Assembly (NCBI GenBank): GCA_905178155.1 | Contig: CAJINV010000002.1 | Location: 12,651,386 to 12,715,385, forward strand | Length of the DNA stretch: 64,000 bases | Direction: 5' to 3' | From: Amoebophrya sp. A120 | Taxonomy: Eukaryota > Protista > Dinoflagellata | Part shown: positions 14,300 through 25,800 of the stretch, in pieces | How the letters are laid out: every line of letters starts with the position of its first letter | How positions within the stretch are numbered: the first letter of the stretch is position 1 | Notes under the pieces: generated by a model | Databases searched by the model: none | The model's input: the letters and a program-made list of their open reading frames with translations, nothing else | What the model was told of the DNA's origin: nothing | Made by a program: the position numbers and the translations under genes

Positions 14300-15666
14300 C
14301 TACTTTTTTGCGTTGTTTCGTTTCATCAAATCAAAAATTGACAACTGATTCGGGTCTTTCTTTACCACCCGTTCCACCTTCTTCTTTGCAGCGGCCTTTG
14401 GCTTTTTGGCCGGTGGCCCACTCGCATTCATGTTTGCGATGGGTTCGGCTGCAGGTGCGGTGCCAATGATTTGCATCGGCTGCTCTACGGCAGCGGGAGC
14501 TGCTACGCCACCGTTGGTACTAGAAGACCCGGATGATGTTCCAGAATTGTTGTCAGAAGAAGTAGATGTTGACAACAGCTCCTTTTTCGCCCTTTCAACA
14601 ATCGGCACTCGGCTTGCAACTGGTATGAAAACTTCACCGCCGTTGCAGCTGGCATTTTTCTCTCCAGCGCCACCGCTCGTCGTCTTTGGCCGGAGCAGTT
14701 CCTGGTGTGCCGGTAGCAAATATCCGTCCAGAAAATCCGCAGCAAGCTCCAGTGCGGCCGCCGGGTCAACCTGAAACTCTACCGTCTCGAGTGTCGAGCG
14801 CCGGAAACAGCATTCTGGGATGTAGTTTTGTCTTCCCGCGGCAATCACAGCTCGTGCGGTTTTTACGAGCTTTTTCTGCAAATACTTCGAGTACCTCCCA
14901 GTGACATCCAGTCGGGCGAACTGCCGGTCCATAATTTCCCGTGTTTCGCAAACAAGATCCAGCAGGCTCTGGCCTTCTTCCCCCTGGTCATCTTTTCCTG
15001 TTACTACACCACCCTCCTTAGCCGCTGGCTCCGTCTCCGAAACAGACGATCCGTTACTTTCCAACGCTGCCTTCGCTGATCCTAATCCTGCCGGCGCATG
15101 TCGGTAGACTTCTTTCGCCGTTTTTGTGCAGAACCTTCTGAGAACCGGGTCCTCAACCAGCGTCGAGACTTCCTCCATCTTGTACCCCTCCGTACTCTCG
15201 GCTTGCTTTGCTTTGGCGAGCAGCGGCACGATGAGAAAGAGCGGATCGAAGAAAGTCGCTACGTAGAAAGAGTCTTTTTTCACAACCTCGTCGCCAACAA
15301 AAAAAGAGCCCTGTGACAGAGTATGCAAGTTAAAACGTTTGTTTTTGAGAAGTTTGACGGCAACTGCGTTATGACACTTCCGATGAGACTGAATGCAGCG
15401 CCTGGCACTGCGCGTTGTACAGCTGCAGAAAACAGATCGCATCTTCCTGTTGCGTACATCACAAGAAAACAGCGTAACGACAAACTTACAATTGTTACCT
15501 GTCGCTTTCGCCCCATGGTCTGCAGTTCGTACAGCGCATCCCCCGTGTGCGCAAAAGTCCCGCACTTCGACTCGTCTACGGGGTGCGGATACTTCAACAG
15601 CTCAAAGCCGCCCTCAAGAGCGGCGCCATTGTGGGCCAGCAGCACCCGCGGTGGAACTGTGGCCAT
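14300..15666 (-). CDS. RNASEH2B: Ribonuclease H2 subunit B
   Basis: N-terminal LKYPHP...LYELQ, then GSFFVGDEVVKKDSFYVATFFDPLFLIVPLL, and a C-terminal PIP-box-like QLSIFDLM. One GT-AG intron at 15311-15498 joins RKRQ|GSFF. Confidence 0.85.
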
Positions 15667-16297
15667 GGCAGTAATTAGCGCTTGCAACAATGAAAAGTAG
15701 CTTGCAACAATTGTTCGACGTGAAAGGAGGTTAGCTTGATTACACAGACACGCGTCAGACTCAGACTTACGAGAAGAAGCGAGACGGTTTTCGTATTGTA
15801 TATGACTGCCACGGTTGCCTTACTCAAAAACTATTGGAATAGTTACAGTCACAGATTCAAGTGCTCCACCGTCACTGGTAAAAAAATCTCCATCCTCAGC
15901 AACTGATCCATTTTCTTTTTCCGTTTTCGAAATAATTGGTCGGCATCAACAACGAAGATCTCAAATCTGAAATCTGAAATCGAGCAGCAATATGACACGT
16001 CGTCGACAACAGAAAACATAACTAACCACTACACGAATTCAGAAAGGCAGCAACTAGCACCCTACGGCAACCGAAAAACGGGCCTACCAGGTTTCTTTCA
16101 TTTTGTTTCAAATCAAAGCTCGCCCTTTACCTGTCACGGCAACCAAAAAATCAAGGCACCTCGCAAAGGGAAATCATTAGATGTGTTGCAGAAAATCCGA
16201 CCTCCACCGTTCGACTCATTAGATGTGTTTGCGGTTCGATAAGGCATGCATCAGAAAAATATTTATGCCCTCGCAAAATAAATTATCCAAACAGCTA

Positions 16298-19200
16298 CTA
16301 CTTTTTTGTCTTCTTCTTTTTCTTCTTCTTTTCCGGCGAATTCTTCGCGGTTTTATCCTTTGCGGCTGCCTTCTTTTCCGCAGCTGTCCTCGTAGCAGTT
16401 CGCGTTGTCGTCGAAGTCTCTGTACTTGACTTTTTCTCCCTTTTTGACGCCTTTGTGCTCACAGGTGCTCCGGCCGCAGTTTTATCTTTTTCTTTCGCCG
16501 CGTCTTTCTCTCCCGCCTTCTTGGCCGCCTTCTTCGAATTCTTTTTCTTCGTCGTAGTTGTGGTACTGGTACTAGAGGTAGTAGTGCTACTGCTCGAGGA
16601 CCTTGTCGCCCTCGGGGCCTCCACAGTTTTCGTTGTGCTTGAAGTTTTGGTAGTTTTGGTTGCTTTGCTGCCACCAGTGCCCTTGGTCCCCTTTTTCGAC
16701 GGCGTCGTCGTAGCTTCCTCCCCGCCCGCGATCGCTTTCACCTTCGGAAGCGAAAAGCTGCCGCTGAGCCCGTTCAAAAGCGGGGCGCGGTTGGCCGGTT
16801 TTCTCACTTTGTAAATCCGCACGATCCAGTTCTCCGTGGTGAAGGCCTCGTCGAAGTACTGCAGCTTCAACTCCGGCGCGCCGATCTCCTGGTTGCGCGC
16901 AAAGTCGCGGTTGCCGGTGATCTCGCCCATGCGGTAGTAGCACAGCTTGTACATGACGGAATTCTTGAACTTCTCCGTCGCCATGTAGTCGACGGAGTAC
17001 CCGTGCATGCCGATAAAGTCGGACTCCGCAATCTTGTCCGGGTAGACCCCGTTGGCGATCCGCACGGGCCACAGGAACTTCGCAATGTCGTCCGAGGCGT
17101 AGCGTGCCACCCCGCCGGACAGCACGAGAACGTAGTCCACGTCAAGGCGGTCCAGGATCATGAAGGCGTCCTTCTCGTTGCTGCCCAGCATGAGCCCGAT
17201 CGTGGCGATGTGGGTGTTGTTCCAGGTGTTGTTGTCCACGATCACCGTGCGGTTCGCCAAACTGGTGATTTGGTAGCCGTAGTCCCACCACGAGGCGATG
17301 GTCGCTTTCTGGTGCGTGTTCTGCCGGATCCAGTAGTACGCTTCCCGGAAGTATGGATTGCAAAAATGTCTGGGTCTGGAAGAGTCATGCTGTTTTTGCA
17401 TGACACAGAAGGTCTGGAATGGAAGCTCTAGCATCACAGGTTTCGAGAGCCTTCCGCAATGCCGAATCCGCATGACAAGTCCCCTATTTTGCAGACAAAA
17501 AGTGGGAGCTTTTGCTACGTATGCATGAGAGACTTTTCTGTGTTCTGAAGTACGCATTACAAGTTGCATTCTTCCAGACCCAGACATTTTTACAGTTGAT
17601 AGGAAGTCGTCCTGGATGATCCGCGTGCCGCTCCGAGGGTCCCGGTGCTCCATCACGACCGAGGGGTTGCTGTAGGCCGCGGCGCTCATCCAGGTGCAAT
17701 GTTGCACGAAATTCTTCAGCAGGTAGAACAAAAACGAGGTTCCGATGATTGTGATCAACTTGCTGGTCGAGTGGAAGGACGGAGACGAGGAACAGGCTGA
17801 GGGGGCTTCTGCGGATTCCGCCGAATCATTTTCGTGATTACTGTCTCCATTTTTGTCGCTGCTACCAAATGACTCTTTTTCTCCGATTTTCTTCACTGAC
17901 CCGGTTTCGGCATTTTTCTCGAACCGCTGCAGCCCCAGCGCGCTCCGCACCGCGCTGCCGTCCCACGTGGCTTTGTGCCGCAGCTGCGGGAGCAGGGAAG
18001 AAAGGATCTCGCTGGCCGCAACGCCACCGAGACAGCAGGCGGCGGCCGAAAGGACCAAGAGCAACCGGATCATCATGCCGCTAAAATACACCGCGACCAC
18101 CCCGTAGATGCCCAAAATCAGAGACGCATCGGACGCCCAGCGAAAGCAGAAGAAAATTCCGACCGGGAGTAGGAAAGGCAGGATGTGGAGGTCCATCACG
18201 TAGTTGGCCCAGGTCGACGGCTGGTGCTCGCTGACCGACGCAATGATGGGGATGTACTTCTTTGCGTACGTCGGATCTAGGAGGGACAGCGACCGCCCGG
18301 ACCAGTTTGTCTTCCCGGTTACCTGTGAAATAGTTTGACTGTCATTTTTTCGAGGCTGGACAGATGTATGATGTTGCGGCGTGTACTCATAGACAAGACT
18401 CAACGGTGTACAGATATCGAAACAGGAAAAGCCAAACCCTCTTCATTGAAGTAAACATTACACAAAACCTCCAGTACCGTGAGGTACGCCACGAGGACGA
18501 GAAAGCAGCTGGCTACGCCGACCGCCGATAGCTTCATGAGAAAGTAGAAGAGTCGGCGACTGAAGTACTGCGAGACGAAGCGCGTGCCGTAATAGCAGTT
18601 CATCACTAGAAACACGCCGTGACTCGCGAGGTGCTCCGAGGAACTCACTGCTTGGAAGTTGACGAAGGGAATGTTCAAACACAGAATTGTCCCGATCACG
18701 TAAAAAAGCGAGTATGCAACGTAGTGCCGAGCGGAAAACGTGCCGATCAGCAGGACGAGGACCTGGGTGATGTTCGAAGAAAAAAAAAATGTGTTTACTG
18801 ATTTTCATGCGCAGCTTCGCCAAATAGATCAATGCGTTGGAGAATTTCCGTTATCGTCTTGCCGCCTCTACCAACACATATTTATACCATGTAGATCGCG
18901 ATGGTGTTTAGCACGAAGATGTAGCCGCCCCAACTCGCCACCATGTAGAGAAAGGCGAATGCGGCAAACAGCCCCCACAGGATACTCCCCGACTTTACCG
19001 CCATCGTGAACGCGTAGAACGAAAACACAATCGCAAAGATTGCGCATGCCTCGTTGTCGTAGGAGCCGGCCACGCTTCGAGACAGGTAGCTCGGGCAAAT
19101 TGCCATGAAGAGCGCCGCGAAAAGGCCGGATTCGGGGCGATTTGTCACCTATGTTGGCAACATCAAGGTGTTCTGTCAGTACTTTCTGAATTACCAGGAA

Positions 19201-19732
19201 GGTCGTAGATCTTCAAACGGTCGTTTATATTCGAGAAGAACTTTTGTTTAAGTACTCGGTAAAGTAAAAATGTTCGAAGAACCTCCTTCGTCAACAGGTA
19301 CGCCGCAATCGAGGTGAACCCGGCGAATAGCGGGGCGAAGAAGACGCACGTTTCCAGGACGGAAATCCGCAGCCCGATTCCATTGAGGCACCAGTTGATC
19401 AGGGTCGAGGTGGTCATCAAACCGGGGAACAGCGTGTTCCCCACCACGCGTCCCAGCGGGTACCACGTAAAGTTGTCGAACCAGTTCCAGAATTCCACAA
19501 ACCCGTGCTCCGCCAGGTACTCCGTCGTGCGCCAGTTGAAGTGCGGGTCAAACTCATGGATCACCGCTTCAAAGCGGATGACCGCGAAGAGCCGAATGCA
19601 GAACGCAAGGAGCACGATCACGCCGAGCGTCAGCGATTCGATCACCGGCGCCCACTGCCGACCCTTGTCCGCGAGCAGCTTGCATCCCCGGGTCTTCACG
19701 AGAATGTCGACCAAGTCGTCTACTTCCGACAT
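16298..19732 (-). CDS. STT3: Oligosaccharyltransferase catalytic subunit STT3
   Basis: Motifs IHEFDPHFN, SRSVAGSYDNE, IIASVSEHQP, DDFREAYYW, SWWDYGYQI, DNNTWN and DDIAKFLW. GT-AG introns at 19149-19282, 18763-18887 and 18323-18477, plus the TIR insertion at 17352-17601. Lys/Thr-rich C-terminal tail. Confidence 0.95.
17352..17601. mobile_element. TIR introner-like element, family A, in STT3, TSD GGAAG
   Basis: AAAAATGTCTGGGTCTGGAAGA ... TCTTCCAGACCCAGACATTTTT inverted repeats. GGAAG at 17347-17351 and 17602-17606. Splits the conserved DDF|REAY motif. Confidence 0.93.
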
Positions 19733-20581
19733 GATGGCGTGTCCTCCGGGCGCTGGGGTTAGCGTTGCAGGATGGTCTCTATTGCGTCGTGCCAAGTGCC
19801 ATTTCCCTGCTCAAGTTTGAAAAATAATCACTGGCGCCACTAAGAAAACCCTCGTAGTTGCTTGGGTTGTTGAAAAAGTTTTCCTTTATGTCAGTACAAA
19901 CCGCAGCAGCGGGTGGAGTGGCAGAACGTGTGCCGAAAACGAAAAAGCCACGGAAAGAATTGCGACAAAGATGAAACCAACGAACGCGTGCTGGGACAGA
20001 GATCATGTTCACCAGAGATAGTATCGGACCTGATCACACGAAGATCCTGATCTATCTATGCACGCAAAAAGGGATCTACACTTCGAGCATATCTAGGGAA
20101 TTTCAGCACGAAAATTTGGTTGAAGGTCTACTCTGACCGCGGTGATTCCAACTTTCCCCGCGAACTGAAAGCCTCTGAAAAAATCTGAGTGTAATAAAAC
20201 TGTAGCCATATTTCGGAGAACTCAAGAACATCTCTTGGAAATGACCCTGCAAGTTCGAGGTTGCGCTGTATCGTCATCCCATTGGGCATAGTTTTCCTTT
20301 TGACATTGAGTTGTAGAAGAAAATGAAGTTTTCGACCGTAACAATATGAATGAGTGTCATCACATCAGCGACATGTTAGCAGAGACCAATAGTCTACATA
20401 TAATGAATGAGGAGCTTCAATACGCGAATAGCTCGTCTCTGCTTTACAGTGTGCCATGTAGGTGGAGTGCTTTTGTTCATTTTGTATGTCTAGTCCTGCA
20501 CTTCCTGATTCTTTCGTATCAATTTTCGATAGCGGATACAACGAATGGGATCATCATACGCATTTCCAAAGAAAACCAATT

Positions 20582-22264
20582 CTAGTCCTCCAGGAGGCCG
20601 CGCAAAACTTCTTTCGGCGATAAACTGCAGTCCGCGTACTTTTTCGCCGGCACCAAGCGCATGGGTTTCTTCGGATCGCGTGTGTCAAAAGTCAGGTCGA
20701 AGGCAACACACTCTCCCTCGCTTCCGTACAAACAATCGGGGATGTCCGCCGCGGCTTCCCGGAGCTCCGTGAGGGCAGCGGAGAGGTCGGTTACCATTCC
20801 CTGTTTCTCGCCGGCGCGCAGAAAGCGGCACACAACGTCCGGGTAATAGAGAGTTTTCACCTGCGAAACCTCGTTCCGGCTTCGTTTGTCGGCGTACACC
20901 AGCTGCCTCGCCCCCGAGGAAAGCATTTGCAAAACGAGCTTGCGACCGAAATTCGCCGGATTTCCGGATTTGATTTCCACCAAATCGTCCCTTTCGTCTT
21001 TTTTACCTGCAGCATTCTTTCCCGTCTTCGCATCTGCGTCGGTCGTGAACAAAATTTGGAAAGGACAAAAATCTGCACCATCTACTCCGGAAACATGGTC
21101 GTTGGTTTCTCTACCGCAAAACTCGAGCAGCTGCACGTGCTCGGTGCCATTGTGGGATTCGTCGTGGCGGTCCCGAAACTCGCCACCGGTCACCAGCCGC
21201 TCAAACTGAAATCCGCTGTCACTGTAGTCTTTGACGTAGTTGTCGCACTTGCTGACGCAGATCACGCCGGCAACCTTCTGCACCCGGTAGCAGTAGTCCT
21301 CCTGCGGAATGTATCAAATGTAAAAACGTCTGGGTCTGGAAGATTGCGAGGTTTGTCATGCAGATTTTCCATGACCCGAATGATCTGTAATGGAGGACCT
21401 AGCATGACAGATTCCGTGAGATCACTATCATGCCTATCCCGCATGAGACACTCCCGCCCAACTTGATCGAAAGTGGACGGCTTTTGGCACTCATGCAACA
21501 CAGATTTTTGCAATATTCGGATTTAGCATCACAAGTTCCAATCTTCCAGACCCAGACATTTTTACAATCCATAGAATGCGGACCCCGCGTGGCCCGTAGG
21601 ACACATTCGAGATGTCGCGCTTCAGCAAAACCTCGAGTGTCGAGCCGCCGAAGGAAAAATCGACCTTGTCCAAGTCATATCAAATGTAAAAATGTCTGGG
21701 TCTGGAAGAATGAGCGATTTGTCATGCAGCTTTTCCATGGCCCATGAGGTCTGGAATGCAGGACCTAGCATGACAGATTCTGTGCGACCTCTCTCATGCC
21801 TATCCTGCATGAGAAACCCCCTCCCGACTTGGTCAAAACTGGACGACTTTTCTTGGTAATCATGCAACACAGATTCTTGCTTGTTTCAGATTTAGCATGA
21901 CAAGTTGCATTCTTCCAGACCCAGACATTTTTGCATTTGATAAGTCAATACCCTTTGTTTTGGCCAAAAACAACCCAAGGACACGCGGCGTGACGTGCGG
22001 GAACGCCTGCGGCTTGATCTGCGGGGGCAAAGCCTCGGTCGCGAACACCTGCGGTAGGCGGTGCAGATTCAACTGCCGCAAGTCGCTGATTTGCGGAATC
22101 TCGGGGTCAAAGACAGTCGCCTCCAAAACATCTTCTTTCGTGCACGCCTGGATGCTTTTGCGCTCGCACTTCGAGGGCACCCACGCGAACGAGCCCAAGT
22201 CCTGAACAGGTTCGAACCCGAGCTTTCGCAGCGTTTGGACGTACTCCTGGTCCGAACTAGCCAT
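20582..22264 (-). CDS. DXO/RAI1-like PD-(D/E)XK nuclease (putative decapping exoribonuclease family)
   Basis: Removing two TIR elements gives one ORF: MASSDQ...GIDLDKVDFSFGG...GVRIPQEDYCYRVQKVAG...SGFQFERLVTG...FTTDADA...LVEIKS. These resemble the DXO motifs GYKFE, E-x-D and ELK. Family assignment is by motif only. Confidence 0.6.
21312..21573. mobile_element. TIR introner-like element, family A, TSD GAATG
   Basis: TATCAAATGTAAAAACGTCTGGGTCTGGAAGAT ... ATCTTCCAGACCCAGACATTTTTACAATCCATA. GAATG at 21307-21311 and 21574-21578. Contains an in-frame stop for the host ORF. Confidence 0.93.
21678..21942. mobile_element. TIR introner-like element, family A, TSD AGTCA
   Basis: TATCAAATGTAAAAATGTCTGGGTCTGGAAGAATG ... 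CATTCTTCCAGACCCAGACATTTTTGCATTTGATA. AGTCA at 21673-21677 and 21943-21947. Internally homologous to 21312-21573 and carries an in-frame stop. Confidence 0.93.
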
Positions 22265-22818
22265 CTTTTTGAAAACGTATGTACTTTAATTTGAAGACTA
22301 CGTCGATTTAGAGGAGACAAAGCAAGAGATGGAGAAACTATGTGAGTTCAAAAACCTAGGAGGCTCTAGAAAAAAAACTTTTGATTCGTGTTGTCGCGAA
22401 TCGTGCTCGTGCGAGGAAGAACTCTAAAAACCTCAGTAAAGATTTAAAGCAAGGTGCGCTGCAGCATGCGTATTCATGTGATCGACAAGGTGCAAGGTGT
22501 CTCTGGACGCTACCTTTGATCGAAAAAATCTGCAGAAAAAGATTATGGATCACTTTTTCGTGGCGGTAGTGGTTGCAGTGCTGCTTGGAGAAAGCACACG
22601 CTAGACGGAACAGAGAGGATCTGCCAACCATATTACTGCGTGTGCAATCGGCCCCCACAATGAGGGACCTATCGAACATCTCATCTCCACCTGCGAGATA
22701 TACTGAAATCGGCCACTTCCGCAACTTGCGCTTCCTTTCCCGCGGGAAAACGCGAACTCATTCTGTGTCGCTTCGTGAGACATGTTGTACTGTCGCTTTA
22801 CGTCTACTTTGCGCGCTT

Positions 22819-25800
22819 TTACAAAAACGGCGACACTGCAGCCAGAGCCTGTGCCACGGCAGGATCAGGGTCATCGGATTTTGCCTTTCCGGTGCAAACA
22901 GCTTGTCCCTCAACTGCTTTCAGCAGCAGCTCAAACAATACCACCGCTGCTGTGCTGCCGCCACTACTGGTCGGGCCACCCCCTATATCAAATGCAAATA
23001 TGTCTGGGTCTGGAAAGTTGTAACTTGTGATGCTGTATTCGGATTCGAAAAAAATCTGTATTGCATGGCCAGCAAGGGGACGAGAAGTCCTGGTGGTCAC
23101 CACGGAGCAAAAAAAGTCCTGGTGGTCGCCACCGAGCAAGAGAAGTCCTGGTGGTCACCACGGAGCAAGAGAAGTCCTGGTGGTCACCACGTAGCAAAAA
23201 AAGTCCTGGTGGTCACCACCAGCAAAAAAAGTCATGGCTGTCACCACGGAGCAAGAGAAACCACGGAGCAAAAAAAGTCCTGGTGGTCACCACGGAGCAA
23301 AAAAAGTCCTGGTGGTCACCACGGAGCAAAAAAAGTCATGGCGGTCGCCACGGAGCAAAAAAAGTCCTGGTGGTCACCACGGAGCAAGAGAAGTCCTGGC
23401 GGTCACCACGGAGCTCATGGAAAATATGCATGACAAATCTAGAAATCTTCCAGACCCAGACATATTTGCATTTGATACCCTATTTCATCGAGCAAATCTA
23501 AACTCCCATCGCTCTTCCCGCCGCCCGATGCACAGCAGCCATAGAAGTAGAACTTCAGCAGCCTCTCCTCTGGCAAATAACCGCTCGCGATGCATTGCAG
23601 GTTGGCTTTCTCCAGCGCGGCCTGTACCAGCGAGTCCAATTGCTCGAGCTGGCCGGGCGCGGAAAAAGCCCGCGATTGCTCCTTTGTGGCCTGGAATTCT
23701 TCCCAATATTGTTGAAACGCGGCCCCGTCGACCTGCTCTGCGGAACTTCTCGGCGCGTGGAAAAAGGATGTAGAAGAACTCGCCGGAGTATTGCCAGTAA
23801 TGGGCATAGGACCTGTGCCGCCGTCGGTCAAGAACATTTCCAGAGAATCGGGCTGCGTGGGAGGAAGGACTGGTGGTCGGTCGGAAAGCAGATCGATCGG
23901 CGACGAGGCGTTCGGATTTGCGCCCGCCGCACCCGTTTCTACCCCGCCCAGCAGGTCAAACGACGAAGAACCGACCGCCGGAGGAGCGGGCGGGGCCGCT
24001 GCAACTCCGTCGTCGAGCAATGACGCCGTCCCGTTCGCGACTCCGCGCTGGTGCGTGGGGGTGGCGGAGGACGTTGCTTTTGGAATGTTGGGCCCATCCG
24101 GCACGTGGCTACCGCGGTAGATCAAACTCTCCGCGACGGGAGCGCAAAATTTCGTCGCCGGTTTATTGTAGACCTGCAATAGAAATAGCAGTGTACTAAC
24201 GATATTAAAGGTCAAGCTTTTTTCAGGTGTTCGATGTCGATAGATCAATGCCCGCTCCTGGCAACGCTAAAAATCATAAACTGCAGAAGGTGGAGTCAAA
24301 CAGTGTTCCCTTACCACACTGAGAGTGTTGAATTCCCGGTAGATTTTGGAGTCCGCCGCGTCGCGCAGATCTTCGCGAAACGCCTTCACTTTGGCCTTCG
24401 ATCCACAGATTATCCGTTTGGCCTCATCGGCGTTCGCGAGCAGGAGTCGGTAGTAGAACAGTGCGCGGTCACGAATGTCCACCCGCTGTTCGTCGTTCAG
24501 TGCCTTGTCGAGCAAACGCCCCAGCATGGCCTGACACTCCCGCGGGCGGAAGAAAAACAGCTTGGCCGTGGAGATCAGCAGCTCGCTTTTCACCTCGGGC
24601 ATTTCGTTCTCGTAGTCGTCAATCAGCGGTTCAAGCAGGTAGGGCCCGTCCGCAATGCGGCCGCCAAACTCACCCAGCATCCACACGATCGCTGCCTTCC
24701 CCTCGGATTCCTCGATTGACTCGAGCACCTGCTCAAGAGTACTGCCAACCTGTGAAGATGCATAGCTTGTCTAGAACGTTGATGCCGTTGTTTAAAATTT
24801 TCTATTGCGGCCCAAATTCCGAGCAATCTCAATCGAAATAACTACGATAATCTACACTACACACACATATTGGAGGTACCTCGTCAAACTGCTCGGGGTA
24901 TTTGCGCAGGATGTCCTTCATCACAATGGCGGTTTCGCAGACCACGTAACTGGATGCCTCGCTGCTGAGTTTCAGCAGCTCCAGCAAACAGGCGACGATC
25001 TGGGCCGCGAAAGACTCGTTCGCCAGGGCGATCTTCGCGAGGCAGTGCACCGCGTGCTTGCTGATGTCCAGACTGACGTCTGTGACGGCTTCTTTGATCT
25101 CGTTGACCACCGACTCCACGTTCTCTGGAACGATCAACAGTGTGAGGATGTCCAGCTTCAGCTTCTTGATGTACGTGGGATCGTTCCACTTCATGAAAAA
25201 CTGTTTGTAGTCCGCCACCCAGGAGAGCGCGGGTCTCATCACGTCCGACGACACCTCGTTTTGTTCCTCACCGCCGCCGGCCAGCAGCACACGAATGTGC
25301 GACAGAACGGTAAATCCCAGTTCGTGGCTGTTGGTCGCGATGAGCGTAAGAAGCGGACCCTGGTAGAGTTTTTTTTTTTCTGTCATTACGACCTCGACAA
25401 AAAGACGCTCCGCCTTGGGATGCGTAAAGATTCTTTGCTCGCGCTTATAGGGATCAATACTTTAAATGCTTTTGATCAACAAATTTCGTTTTGTGGTACC
25501 TTCAACCGAGCCCCGACCTGTAGCTGTAATTCTCTTGGTGCTCGTGCGGTAAGGGACAGGAAAATTGTTGCCACGGAGAGCACCACCGAGGGGGAAGACT
25601 GCTTCAGCAGCGGTTCCAAGAGGTTCATGACGTCAAAAATCTCGCCCTCCGTGTCCAGCTCGAATTTCTCCAGCAACTTCAACACGGCGCACTGCCCCCA
25701 TTCGCTGAAGGTCGTAATCCGATTCAAGAGGTGCTCGATCAGCACCTTGTTCAGCGTGATACCCCCACAGTCAGCGAGAATCTCCTCCAGCGCAAACAGC

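Noticed and set aside
16174-16229. Direct repeat TCATTAGATGTGTT, two copies
   Set aside because: Short, with no TIR or other structure to support a mobile-element call.
19797-20226. Partial resemblance to the dinoflagellate spliced leader (GCCATTTCCCTGCTCAAG; TGTAGCCATATTTCGG...CTCAAG)
   Set aside because: The matches need gaps and lie on the strand opposite the local genes.
22573-23773. Plus-strand ORFs with repeated KKSPGGHHGA / KKSWWSPRS peptides
   Set aside because: Translations of the 30-bp minisatellite inside an introner.
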